Shown piece after piece: positions 8,358 through 17,578 of a DNA stretch of 64,000 nt (the stretch's first letter is position 1; each line of letters begins with the position of its first letter). The DNA is from Patescibacteria group bacterium (GTDB lineage: Bacteria > Patescibacteriota > Minisyncoccia > Phycocordibacterales > Phycocordibacteraceae), in NCBI GenBank assembly GCA_004322365.1, contig SCTS01000006.1, forward strand, positions 70,201 through 134,200, written 5' to 3'. Below the pieces are notes generated by a model, which saw only the letters and a program-made list of their open reading frames with translations, had not been told where the DNA came from and made no database searches. Both the position numbers and the translations under genes were made by a program.

Positions 8358-8376
8358 TAGTCTCTGTCTGTATTTA

Positions 8377-8634
8377 TTACCTCGGTAAACTAACTCCGAA
8401 GGTTCCGGTAACCGCAGTCAGGATACCTATCACAGAGACCATGATGAAGAACCCAACGATTCCCCAAAGCATCTTTCGTTCGCCCTTCTTCCTTTCTTCA
8501 GGATTATCTGCATTCGCAATGAATACCGTCATACCCCAAACAAAGTACATCAACGCCAAGGCAAACAAGAGACCTAAGATTGGTGTGAGTATGAGCTCAA
8601 CAATCTTACCAATGAATCTAGACAGTACATCCAT
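8377..8634 (-). CDS. Small two-TM protein, pilin-like paralog 1 (no signal peptide)
   Basis: 85 aa. The core FVWGMTVFIANADNPEERKKGERKMLWGIVGFFIMVSVIGI is shared with the four neighbouring paralogs. Confidence 0.55.
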   Translation of the reverse strand: MDVLSRFIGKIVELILTPILGLLFALALMYFVWGMTVFIANADNPEERKKGERKMLWGIVGFFIMVSVIGILTAVTGTFGVSLPR

Positions 8635-8690
8635 AACTAATCAACCTAAAGAACCTTTTGGTTCCCCTAGTCAGTTAAGACTTGGAAATC

Positions 8691-9065
8691 TTAACGAGCA
8701 GTTCCTCCACCATTAGTGCCTGGAGTTACCTGTGGAATCTGAATTGTCGTTGTATTTTCAACACCTAATGTGCTCTGAAGAGCATTGATGATACCGAAGA
8801 CGGAGAGCATGACGAATAGAGCGATAATACCCCATACCATGATGTGGATACCTTTCTTTCGTTTTTCATCATTTGAAGAACCGAAGATGTAGGTAACCAA
8901 ACCCCAGAAGAAGGCAAGAAGGGCAAGAGCGACGACGATTGGTGTTGCTTGTGTAATCAAAGCACCAATTTTTGTAAGTGCGTTATCAACACCGCCTGCA
9001 GCAAATGCAGCAAATGGAGCAAGAGCGACGACAGTGGCAATACCAGTTCTTAAAAATCCTTTCAT
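8691..9065 (-). CDS. Secreted small two-TM protein, pilin-like paralog 2 (TrbC/VirB2-type topology)
   Basis: 124 aa. Sec signal peptide (AFA-AGG), then helix - SSNDEKRKKG loop - helix (FFWGLVTYIFGSSNDEKRKKGIHIMVWGIIALFVMLSVFGI). Confidence 0.6.
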   Translation of the reverse strand: MKGFLRTGIATVVALAPFAAFAAGGVDNALTKIGALITQATPIVVALALLAFFWGLVTYIFGSSNDEKRKKGIHIMVWGIIALFVMLSVFGIINALQSTLGVENTTTIQIPQVTPGTNGGGTAR

Positions 9066-9189
9066 ATAATTACGAACAATTAAATATAACGAGATAAATC
9101 TCCTGAATAATAAGTCAGGGCTAATTGTAGCATTTCCCCTGTTTCAAAGGGCAATGTATAAACGGGATGTGGAGAACCGCCTCAATAGT

Positions 9190-9543
9190 CTACCGCCCCC
9201 TACTAATGGTTGGGATTTGGAGGGTTCCAGAACCAACCCCAAAGGTAGCCTGGAGCATATTAATGATGCCAAAGATAGAAAGCATCACGAATAGAGCAAC
9301 AATACCCCATATCATCATGGGTATACCTTTTTTCCGCTTTTCATCATTAGACGAGCCAAAAACATACATAGCTAAACCCCAAAAGAAGAGGAGGAGCGCG
9401 AGCATTACTACAAGCGTTGTTGCCAACTGAAGCGGAAGGTTGAGGTTACGCAACACATCTTGAATGGTACTTGCAGCTGCAAATGTTGAAACTGGTATGA
9501 ATGCCACCGCGCTAACAAAAGTCATTCCGATTATTTTTTTCAT
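9190..9543 (-). CDS. Secreted small two-TM protein, pilin-like paralog 3
   Basis: 117 aa. Signal peptide, then FFWGLAMYVFGSSNDEKRKKGIPMMIWGIVALFVMLSIFGI, nearly identical in core to paralog 2. Confidence 0.6.
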   Translation of the reverse strand: MKKIIGMTFVSAVAFIPVSTFAAASTIQDVLRNLNLPLQLATTLVVMLALLLFFWGLAMYVFGSSNDEKRKKGIPMMIWGIVALFVMLSIFGIINMLQATFGVGSGTLQIPTISRGR

Positions 9544-9561
9544 ATGAAAATATATAATTTT

Positions 9562-10023
9562 TTAAATATCCCGCACTGGATTAGCTCCAGAAGAAGGTAG
9601 GGTTCGTATTTCTCCTCTTGGGTCTATATTTGGGTTAATTGGTGAGCGTGGAGTAGTTGGAGAAGTGCCTGGTGCTGGGGTACCAAGCGTCCCGCCTGGA
9701 GTACCACTTGAACCCGTAGGTAGGCCACCTAGTAACCCAGGTGAAGCTGGTGAAGGACTAGAGCTAGAAGGTGCAAATGTTGAACTACTTGAGCCAAGAA
9801 GCGTGTTGCTAATTATATTGACGATTCCACCCAAAGAAAATATTACAGCGAGCGCAACGATGCTCCATATAAGGCGAGGGAGCGCCTGTTTTCTTTTTTC
9901 TGCGTTGTCAGCGTCAAAAATAATTTTGTAAGCATTCCAATAAAAAATCAAAAACACGAGAACCCACGGAACCGCTATCGTCACAACATCCGTCATGGTG
10001 TTAATAATCGATGTCAGTGTCAT
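9562..10023 (-). CDS. Small two-TM protein, pilin-like paralog 4, with an S/P/G-rich low-complexity tail
   Basis: 153 aa. FYWNAYKIIFDADNAEKRKQALPRLIWSIVALAVIFSLGGI core, followed by a PSSSSPSPASPG... tail. Confidence 0.5.
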   Translation of the reverse strand: MTLTSIINTMTDVVTIAVPWVLVFLIFYWNAYKIIFDADNAEKRKQALPRLIWSIVALAVIFSLGGIVNIISNTLLGSSSSTFAPSSSSPSPASPGLLGGLPTGSSGTPGGTLGTPAPGTSPTTPRSPINPNIDPRGEIRTLPSSGANPVRDI

Positions 10024-10031
10024 AAATATTT

Positions 10032-10400
10032 TTACAAGCCAGCCTGAATATCATTAACAGTTGCCTGTATTGCAAGTGCAAGTGCTTGAGCTCCAAGTAC
10101 CACTAAAGAGCCAACAATTGCCCAGAAAAAGAGGCTTCTAACTTTTGCAATCTCTTCAGGTTTTCCTTCGGCGGTAACAAATTTAAATCCTATGAATACA
10201 ATGAAAAGCACAATCACAGGAAAACCAATTTGAGTAATTAACTGAAGCATTCGCTGTAAAAATTCCCACAACGAGTTGTATCCAAGGGGATTACAAAGAC
10301 CGCCTGCGGTCGCACTATCGCAACCAGATGCAAGCACCACAAAAGGCAGCGCTAACGATAGCGAAAACGGAAGGGCTCGTGCAAATATTTTTTTCATCAT
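10032..10400 (-). CDS. Secreted small two-TM protein, pilin-like paralog 5 (Cys pair near the N-terminus)
   Basis: 122 aa. Signal peptide, C26/C35, two hydrophobic helices separated by a AEGKPEEIAKVRS loop. Confidence 0.55.
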   Translation of the reverse strand: MMKKIFARALPFSLSLALPFVVLASGCDSATAGGLCNPLGYNSLWEFLQRMLQLITQIGFPVIVLFIVFIGFKFVTAEGKPEEIAKVRSLFFWAIVGSLVVLGAQALALAIQATVNDIQAGL

Positions 10401-10456
10401 GTCGATTTCTTTATATTCTTATCTTTTCCTAAACACTATACCTCACAGACTAATGC

Positions 10457-11746
10457 CTACCTCAAAAGTGCCTGCAATTCGCTATGTGCTCCCTGTGATG
10501 CCTCCGTTACCCGAAGCTTTCCAGAGGACACACTTTCCATCATCCTTTTAAAAATTGCGTCCGTTGCTGATGGGTCGGGATCAAGAAACGAGAATGAAAG
10601 CACTGCGGCATTTTGAAACATTGCACCGTATGGATCATTTGGATTATTTGACACTGCGTCTCTTCGAACTGAAGGAAGTGAGATAAGCGATAAGAGCGCT
10701 TGCTGGGAGTTTGTAGTGGTAAGTGCGAGCGCAACTGCAAGTGCTCCTCCAGTATTGCGACTTCCTCGGGGAATCGAGAGCGCCGTCACCTCGGCTGAAA
10801 CTCCTGCCCCGCCACCTCGAACTGATGGGACTGGTGCCACATCAAAGTTTAAATTTGGATTTGCCTGACGCATCCCCAAGAGCTCACTCACGGAACCAAA
10901 ATACATAGCCACCCCTCCTGCAAGAAATGCATTTCGTGATTCTGGTGCTGAGCGATTCCATGAATACACGGGTTTTACTGGATCAGAAAAATCAGTATAA
11001 AAACGAACAGCGGAATTTACAGGTGTAAGGGCACCGCTCTCCACAGCTCCTTCTGAAATCATAGATACATATGCCCCTTCGCTATTTCTTCCAACGACAG
11101 GGTTTCCAAGTTGATGAGCGAGTGTAAGGAAAATAGCCTTTGCGTGAAAGATGTTATCCCACGCACCAAGTGCAACGGAATTTTGAGTCAATGTTCCATT
11201 TTCTTGTGTTTTTGTAAGACGCGGAGCTATGTCAGAAAGTTCGTCCCAAAACTTTGGTGGCTGTGCAAGACCTGCATTTGCAAACAATGTACGATTCCAA
11301 TACATCACTAAAGGATCAACAGTAAATGGAATTCCTTTTATGCCATCATTGGCCAAAAACACCTCACCTGCCTGAATGAAGGTGTTCTGAAATTCACGAC
11401 GACTCACATTGCTATAGGGAATAGATGTCAGTTTGTCGCCTTGAGAGAGTAGATATTCAGCAGGAAAAATAACCAAGTCAGGGCCTCTGCCTGCAGCAAT
11501 GGCTTCAACAAGATTTGGAATAAGTTCGGCCTCAGGAACAAATGTATAGGTAACACCATCGTAAACACTGTTCCCTTCCTGCAAACCACCCATTACTGCT
11601 TCAAAAGTAGAGAGAGGAAGCGAGCCCCACACAGACACTTTGCCAACGCTATTTTTATTTAGTGCACTGAATGTTGAAAAAATGATAACTGCGCCAATGG
11701 CGAGCGCAAGAAAAATACCGACGACGATTACATTAAAAAGCTTCAT
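10457..11746 (-). CDS. ABC transporter substrate-binding protein (family 1, sugar-type), membrane-anchored
   Basis: 429 aa. N-terminal TM anchor, then an extracellular solute-binding fold (YSWNR..., FDVAPVP). Confidence 0.6.
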   Translation of the reverse strand: MKLFNVIVVGIFLALAIGAVIIFSTFSALNKNSVGKVSVWGSLPLSTFEAVMGGLQEGNSVYDGVTYTFVPEAELIPNLVEAIAAGRGPDLVIFPAEYLLSQGDKLTSIPYSNVSRREFQNTFIQAGEVFLANDGIKGIPFTVDPLVMYWNRTLFANAGLAQPPKFWDELSDIAPRLTKTQENGTLTQNSVALGAWDNIFHAKAIFLTLAHQLGNPVVGRNSEGAYVSMISEGAVESGALTPVNSAVRFYTDFSDPVKPVYSWNRSAPESRNAFLAGGVAMYFGSVSELLGMRQANPNLNFDVAPVPSVRGGGAGVSAEVTALSIPRGSRNTGGALAVALALTTTNSQQALLSLISLPSVRRDAVSNNPNDPYGAMFQNAAVLSFSFLDPDPSATDAIFKRMMESVSSGKLRVTEASQGAHSELQALLR

Positions 11747-11798
11747 AGTGTCAGTATACCGCCTCTCATGCTTCTAATCTGCATAGATTTCCAGAGAA

Positions 11799-12317
11799 TT
11801 ACTTTAACGTCGCAAGAAATGCGAAATGATGTGTTCCTGCAGGAAGCATATCTCCAGTTTCAAAACCTGCTTGTCTGAAAAGACGAACCGCCTCCCCTGG
11901 GGCTAGCACAGCCTCAGATGAAGGTCCCATATTTTTAAATGAGGAGATCCAATCCACAACAAGTGCCGTGCCTCCGGGGCGTACCACACGCGCAACCTCC
12001 ATCACAAAACGCTCACGCTCACGAATTTGGTGAAGTATGTTTGCCACCACACCAATATGGAGAAGATTTTCTGCGATAGGTATAGGCTCATTCAAATCCG
12101 ACTGCAATGTATGAAACTCAGCTGGATAGTGTTCCCCTTTCCGACGAATAGCATCGAGTGCTGGACCAAACGCATCAAAAGCATAAATAGTACCCTCTGC
12201 ACCAAGTTTTTCAGCCAACGCAAATGAATAGTGCCCAGCACCTACTCCAAAATCACCCACTTTTGCGTGGGCAGTTATAGGAACATGGGAAAGAATGTCT
12301 TTAGGATTCAGGAACAC
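11799..12317 (-). CDS. Class I SAM-dependent methyltransferase
   Basis: 172 aa. DFGVGAGHYSFALA motif I and RPGGTALVVDW post-II region. Confidence 0.65.
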   Translation of the reverse strand: MFLNPKDILSHVPITAHAKVGDFGVGAGHYSFALAEKLGAEGTIYAFDAFGPALDAIRRKGEHYPAEFHTLQSDLNEPIPIAENLLHIGVVANILHQIRERERFVMEVARVVRPGGTALVVDWISSFKNMGPSSEAVLAPGEAVRLFRQAGFETGDMLPAGTHHFAFLATLK

Positions 12318-12391
12318 ATTTTCAGTATATAGTCTTTACCTAAAACCAAAAACGTAGATGGGGAGAAAACTGACTTTTGGTTTTGATTTCT

Positions 12392-12472
12392 AAAAGCTTT
12401 CAGCTTTTCTGAAACTCAGAATTCAGAAGCTGGCAGCTGAAAGCTGGAACCTGACAGCTAGAAGTTAAAAGG
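12392..12472. repeat. CTAG-rich palindromic intergenic repeat copy (AGCTTTCAGC / GCTGAAAGCT words)
   Basis: AAAGCTTTCAGCTTTTCTGAAACTCAGAATTCAGAAGCTGGCAGCTGAAAGCTGGAACCTGACAGCTAGAAG. It is preceded by an AAAACCAAAA...TTTTGGTTTT hairpin. Confidence 0.6.
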
Positions 12473-14933
12473 CCGTAAATGCTGCAATCTTGTCACCGTC
12501 ACGAAGCTTCATAATGCGCACCCCTTGAGTGGCGCGCGAGAGTGTTGGTACCTGTGAAAGCTCAGTTCGAATCACCTGTCCGTTTTTTGATGCAACGATT
12601 ATTTCAGACATTTCTGGGGTAACAACGCGCGCCGCAATAATCGAACCAGTTTTTGGAGTCACTTTACCAGTCTTAATGCCCGAACCACCGCGTTTTTGTA
12701 TTTTGTATTCCTTTGCAGGTGTTCGCTTGCCGTATCCCATATCAGCGAGAACCAAAACCTCACTCTCTTTTTCATTCTTTATAACATCTGCTGCAATTAT
12801 TTTATCCTTACTTCCAAACTTCATACCACGCACTCCGCCAGCCGTTCGCCCCATTTCACGGATATCAGATTCCTTAAAGCGAATCGCCTGACCTCCTGCC
12901 GTTACCAAAATGACACTCTCACCCTTTTCAACAGGGAGAACGGCAATTAGGCTATCCCCTGCCTGCAATGACATCGCAATAATGCCTGAACGACGCACAT
13001 CTTCAAATTGATCTGCTTTCACTTTCTTTGCAACTCCCTTCTCGGTAATGAGCATGAAGGAAGATGTTGCTGACTTCTTAGTCAATGCAACGATTGATGT
13101 AATGCGCTCTTCCGCAGAAAGCGGGAGTACATTCATAATTGACTTACCTTTTGTGGCTCGCCTTCCTTCCGGTACTTCGTACATGCGTGTTCGGTATACT
13201 TTCCCGCGATCAGAGAAAAAGAGCACCGAATCATGAGTAGAGCCTTCCAAGAACCGCGTCACAAAATCTTCTTCTTTTGTATTCAAATCAATAACTCCCA
13301 CGCCACCACGATTTTGCTTCTTATACTCGCTTGGGCTGGTGCGCTTCACATATCCAGTAGAAGTAAGTGTGAGCATCGCAGCTTCGTCAGGAATTAAATC
13401 TTCGTCTGACATATTTTTAATACCACCCTTCACAATTTTGGTGCGTCTTTCATCTGCGTACTTCTCGCGAAGCGCCAAGAGTTCAGCCTTCACCACTTTC
13501 ATTATTTTCTTTGTTGAAGAAAGTATTTCTTCCAATTCCTTAATGAGTGCCTGTATTTCTTTCAACTCGTCTTCAATTTTTTTACGCTCCAAACCGGCGA
13601 GCTTTTGTAAGCGCATTTCAAGAATGGCTGTAGCTTGGCGCTCAGAGAACTTAAATTTCTTTTGAAGATCACTGTGGGCACTCTGAACATCTTTTGCTGC
13701 CTTAATAACCTTGATGATTTCATCAATGTGATCAAGTGCTTTTTTAAGTCCAAGCAAAATATGCTCTCTCTCTTGTGCGCGTCTCAAATCAAATTCAGTG
13801 CGTCGCTTTACAACAACCTTTCTGTGTTCAATGAAATACGAAAGGATTGCAGAAAGTGAGAGTGTTTCAGGTACACCGTCCACCAAAAGCACCATGTTGT
13901 AGTGAAATGCGTCTTCAAGTTGCGTGTGCTTATAGAGGTAGTTCAACACCTGCTGTGGTTGAGCATTATTCTTCAACTCCACCACAACACGAATATCAGT
14001 GGTTGATTCGTCACGAAGATCTCTCACGCCTTCAAGTTTTTTATCACGCACTAAGTCCGCAATATTTATGATGAGGTCGGCTTTGTTTACACGGTACGGA
14101 ATAGAGGTAATAAGGATGATGTTGTTTCCTTTTTTATCTTCAGTGATTTCTGCATTTCCTCGAACCACCACGGGCCCGCGCCCCGTTGCATACGCATGGG
14201 CAATATCTTTTGAATTAAACGCAATACCTCCAATTGGAAAATCAGGCCCTTGAACAAATTGCAAAAGTTCATCAACGGTTGCATCAGGATTATCAATAAG
14301 ATGCACCGTGGCATCTACCACTTCACCTAAGTTATGCGGTGGCACATTGGTTGCCATACCCACAGCAATACCAAGGGTTCCATTCAAAAGAATATTAGGA
14401 ACTCCTGCAGGAAGAACATTAGGCTCCTTCTGAGTACCGTCGTAGTTGGGACGCCATTCAACAGTATCTTTATCCAAGTCCGAAAGAAGATCAGCGGAGA
14501 GTTTTGACATCTTTGCTTCGGTGTAACGCATAGCAGCAGCTGAGTCGCCATCGATTGAACCAAAGTTTCCTTGTCCAATAATCAAGGGATACCGCATGGT
14601 GAAATTTTGCGCCATCTTGACCATTGCTTCATAGACAGCAGTGTCGCCGTGCGGATGGTATTTACCCAAAACATCTCCAACTACCGCAGCCGATTTTCGA
14701 GGTTTTGAAGTAGCAGTGAGGCCCATACGATGCATGGTGTAGAGGATGCGACGATGTACTGGCTTCAAACCATCACGCACATCAGGCAAAGCACGCGCAG
14801 TAATAACGGACATTGCGTAGTCGAGGTACGACTCGCGCATTTCAGTAACAATTGAATGCGAAATGACACGAAGGCCCATGTCGGCCTCCGGAGTACTATC
14901 TTCAGGTGCTGTTTGCACTTTCTTTCGAGCCAT
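12465..14933 (-). CDS. gyrA: DNA gyrase subunit A
   Basis: 822 aa. GyrA N-terminal domain with the active-site Tyr region (AAMRYTE), GyrA-box and C-terminal beta-pinwheel repeats. Confidence 0.9.
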   Translation of the reverse strand: MARKKVQTAPEDSTPEADMGLRVISHSIVTEMRESYLDYAMSVITARALPDVRDGLKPVHRRILYTMHRMGLTATSKPRKSAAVVGDVLGKYHPHGDTAVYEAMVKMAQNFTMRYPLIIGQGNFGSIDGDSAAAMRYTEAKMSKLSADLLSDLDKDTVEWRPNYDGTQKEPNVLPAGVPNILLNGTLGIAVGMATNVPPHNLGEVVDATVHLIDNPDATVDELLQFVQGPDFPIGGIAFNSKDIAHAYATGRGPVVVRGNAEITEDKKGNNIILITSIPYRVNKADLIINIADLVRDKKLEGVRDLRDESTTDIRVVVELKNNAQPQQVLNYLYKHTQLEDAFHYNMVLLVDGVPETLSLSAILSYFIEHRKVVVKRRTEFDLRRAQEREHILLGLKKALDHIDEIIKVIKAAKDVQSAHSDLQKKFKFSERQATAILEMRLQKLAGLERKKIEDELKEIQALIKELEEILSSTKKIMKVVKAELLALREKYADERRTKIVKGGIKNMSDEDLIPDEAAMLTLTSTGYVKRTSPSEYKKQNRGGVGVIDLNTKEEDFVTRFLEGSTHDSVLFFSDRGKVYRTRMYEVPEGRRATKGKSIMNVLPLSAEERITSIVALTKKSATSSFMLITEKGVAKKVKADQFEDVRRSGIIAMSLQAGDSLIAVLPVEKGESVILVTAGGQAIRFKESDIREMGRTAGGVRGMKFGSKDKIIAADVIKNEKESEVLVLADMGYGKRTPAKEYKIQKRGGSGIKTGKVTPKTGSIIAARVVTPEMSEIIVASKNGQVIRTELSQVPTLSRATQGVRIMKLRDGDKIAAFTAF

Positions 14934-14993
14934 ATTCTTCTTAAATTATAGCACTGAGGTGCGGTAAAAACCACTTATGCATTATTGAAAAAA

Positions 14994-15209
14994 CTATTCA
15001 GAAAATGGTGCCTGAAGGTTAACCTGAGAAACCTCAGAAGTTGCACTGGATGTAGGTGCCTTATAAAAATCAGTAGATAAAACAGAAAACAGAAATAGTA
15101 CAAACCAGACGAGAGTAATGAGCCCGACAATAACCACGCTAATTAATGCCGTAAACTTTTCACGAGTATGGTGTGGAGCTCGTCGTAGTTTTTCAAAAGC
15201 TTTGAACAT
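14994..15209 (-). CDS. Small single-TM hypothetical protein
   Basis: 71 aa with one hydrophobic helix, upstream of gyrA on the same strand. Confidence 0.35.
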   Translation of the reverse strand: MFKAFEKLRRAPHHTREKFTALISVVIVGLITLVWFVLFLFSVLSTDFYKAPTSSATSEVSQVNLQAPFSE

Positions 15210-15237
15210 ACTCGGAGTACTTAGGTGGACAAAAAAC

Positions 15238-15861
15238 TTAGGACAGAAGCACTACTACCCCATCCATAGCGGCAAGTTCTTTTGCACGCACGGTAAGTTT
15301 GTCAATTGGTTTTGTGTCAGCAACACCTTCTGCTTTCAAGAAAACTTTCAAGGCATCATCCTTGCCGATAGCATAAGGAATAATTACTTTGGTTTCAATG
15401 GTGTTTACCAAGTCATGTGCAACTTTCCCATCGAGAGTATCCTCACCCACTGGCACAAGAACAATGCCAATGTTATCAAGTTCACTTCTCACTTCTGGAG
15501 GTAATTTTGGAGCAGAGAGAGCCCCAAGCGCTAACACTCGGATGCCGTCCATTTCAATTATATAGACAGTGTTGCCAACATCAGACATTACATCACCATA
15601 TGACCCTGGAGTTCCGTAGCCAGTAATAATAATATCTCCAACTTCATACGCACCAGGGCCCGACACCACAAAAGGCTCTTTACCATTATGCGTTGCCTGC
15701 TCTGCCCCATTCCAATCTTCGTGCGGTACGGAAATGACCACAACATCTGAACCGAATTTAGAAACTTTGTGCTTACTCTTGGAGGATGGAGGATTAAGAG
15801 CAAGAGTGGTATCCCCTGAAGAAATCTTAAAACAATATCCGCCTGCTCGTTGAATGATCAT
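15238..15861 (-). CDS. MBL-fold metal-dependent hydrolase (UPF0173-like)
   Basis: 207 aa. Beta-lactamase-fold pattern in VVISVPHEDWNG ... DVGNTVYIIEMDGIRVL. Confidence 0.6.
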   Translation of the reverse strand: MIIQRAGGYCFKISSGDTTLALNPPSSKSKHKVSKFGSDVVVISVPHEDWNGAEQATHNGKEPFVVSGPGAYEVGDIIITGYGTPGSYGDVMSDVGNTVYIIEMDGIRVLALGALSAPKLPPEVRSELDNIGIVLVPVGEDTLDGKVAHDLVNTIETKVIIPYAIGKDDALKVFLKAEGVADTKPIDKLTVRAKELAAMDGVVVLLS

Positions 15862-16131
15862 AGTACGCGTGATTGTACCACGCGACAGCTTTCAGATTCC
15901 AGCGCTTACTTCACTCCACCTTGGTCCCGTGACATAGGTGGACGAGACATCAGCGTCCACCATAAGGGGCCGAATCGTGTAGCCATCGCAAAATTAAAAA
16001 CTGACTTGAAAAAAATATCGTTCTGTAATGTAACTAGTGAATGTTCAGGTGAACCTGCACTTTCAAATCCTTCATTGCCTTCAGCCATTACATACATCGT
16101 ATACCCTTGATTTGTTCTCGGTGGATATATA

Positions 16132-16141
16132 TGGTATAAAT
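16132..16141 (+). promoter_or_regulatory. Candidate extended -10 element (TGgTATAAAT) upstream of rpsA, followed by a hairpin/T-run
   Basis: TGGTATAAAT at 16132-16141, then hairpin AAAGCCCTCGGGCTTTTTA at 16149-16167, then a CTAG repeat, then the rpsA start at 16250. Confidence 0.3.
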
Positions 16142-16185
16142 TTCCTACAAAGCCCTCGGGCTTTTTATCACTTTGGTTGGTGTTA

Positions 16186-16232
16186 ATCCTTCCTAGAACC
16201 TAGCCCCTAGAAGCTAGAACCTAGAAGCGCCC
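16186..16232. repeat. CTAG-rich intergenic repeat copy
   Basis: TCCTAGAACCTAGCCCCTAGAAGCTAGAACCTAGAAGCGCC. Confidence 0.6.
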
Positions 16233-16249
16233 AATCGATTACTGATTAA

Positions 16250-17344
16250 ATGTCTAAGAAAAAAGAAATAGTAACGCCTGTGGTGAATGAGCAGATGGAG
16301 AAACTTCTCCTTGAAAGCGTCATTCCACCAGCAGAAGGAGATACGGTCGAAGGACCGGTTATTTTCATTGGTTCAGGAAAAATTTACATAGACCTTCCCC
16401 CATTCGGAACGGGTATCATTTACGGACGCGAATACCTTTCAGCTCGTGATGTGCTTCGCAAGGTTGCTTTGGGCGACACCGTATCTGCAAAGATAGTCGG
16501 GAGTCACAACAAAGAAGGTTACATAGAACTTTCCCTCAAGGAAGCACGTCAGGCAATGATCTGGTCGGATGCTGAAAAAGCAATCGCCACAGGTACCGTG
16601 TTCGAGCTTCCTGTTAAAGATGCAAACAAAGGCGGACTCATTATTGCGTGGCAGAGCATTCAAGGCTTCCTTCCTGCTTCACAGTTGAAGCCTGAGCACT
16701 ACCCACGTGTTGCAAACGGTGAGAAACAGCTCATCTTGGATGAATTGAAGAAATTGATTGGCACAAACATGTCAGTTTCTATCATCACCGCAGATCCTCG
16801 TGAAGGAAAACTTATCTTCTCAGAACGCGGAGGTTCTAAAGAGGCTCGAGGAACGCTTGTTGACCGCTATGCAGTGGGCGATGTTGTAGAAGGAATGGTC
16901 ACTGGGATCGTCGACTTCGGTATCTTCGTGAAAGTTGAGGACGGACTCGAAGGATTGGTCCATATTTCTGAAATTGACTGGGGTCTCGTTGAAGATCCTC
17001 GTGCATTTGCAAAGGTAAACGAGCCAATCAAAGTAAAAATTATCGACATCAAAGACGGCAAGATTTCCCTCTCCTTGAAACAACTTCAGGAAGACCCTTG
17101 GGTTATTGCAGCTGCGAAATACAAGAAAGACGGAGAAGTAAATGCTGCGGTCATTAAGTACAACAAGTACGGTGCACTCGCTTCAATTGAGGAAGGTGTT
17201 GCTGGACTAGTACATGTTTCAGAATTTGCTTCAGAAGCTGAACTTCGCGAAATGTTGGGCCTTGGTAAAACCTACCCATTCACCATCACACTCTTTGAGC
17301 CAAAAGAGCATCGCATGACACTCTCCTTTAAAAAACCAAAATAA
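16250..17344 (+). CDS. rpsA: 30S ribosomal protein S1 (short form, four S1 domains)
   Basis: 364 aa with repeated S1-domain signatures (GTVVEGPVI..., GDVVEGMVTGIVDFGIFVKV, GLVHVSE). Confidence 0.85.
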   Translation: MSKKKEIVTPVVNEQMEKLLLESVIPPAEGDTVEGPVIFIGSGKIYIDLPPFGTGIIYGREYLSARDVLRKVALGDTVSAKIVGSHNKEGYIELSLKEARQAMIWSDAEKAIATGTVFELPVKDANKGGLIIAWQSIQGFLPASQLKPEHYPRVANGEKQLILDELKKLIGTNMSVSIITADPREGKLIFSERGGSKEARGTLVDRYAVGDVVEGMVTGIVDFGIFVKVEDGLEGLVHISEIDWGLVEDPRAFAKVNEPIKVKIIDIKDGKISLSLKQLQEDPWVIAAAKYKKDGEVNAAVIKYNKYGALASIEEGVAGLVHVSEFASEAELREMLGLGKTYPFTITLFEPKEHRMTLSFKKPK

Positions 17345-17362
17345 GGACGGTAGCAACAATAA

Positions 17363-17399
17363 AAAATCCACCTCAACAAAATTGAGGTGGATTTTTTTA
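17363..17399 (+). terminator. Rho-independent terminator after rpsA
   Basis: ATCCACCTCAA-CAAAA-TTGAGGTGGAT followed by TTTTTTT. Confidence 0.8.
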
Positions 17400-17444
17400 T
17401 GCTTACTGTGTGGGTGTGTGCCAACAAATAGTGATGAAATCGCT

Positions 17445-17482
17445 GTATAGGATAAAATAACGACCGTTATTTTATCCTATAC
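17445..17482. repeat. 38-bp near-perfect palindrome GTATAGGATAAAATAACG-AC-CGTTATTTTATCCTATAC
   Basis: It lies between the convergent rpsA and pth. A related copy is at 27064-27100. Confidence 0.7.
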
Positions 17483-17578
17483 CGCCCTAAATCGGTCTAA
17501 ATAAAACGGAGAAAAGAAATTAAGTAGAAGAAAAAATTCACACTCATATATCTTCGGTTTTGCTGAAGAGTGAAAAAA

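Noticed and set aside
15850-16110. 86-aa plus-strand ORF upstream of rpsA
   Set aside because: No recognisable features. The region more likely holds a promoter or leader and is discussed as such.
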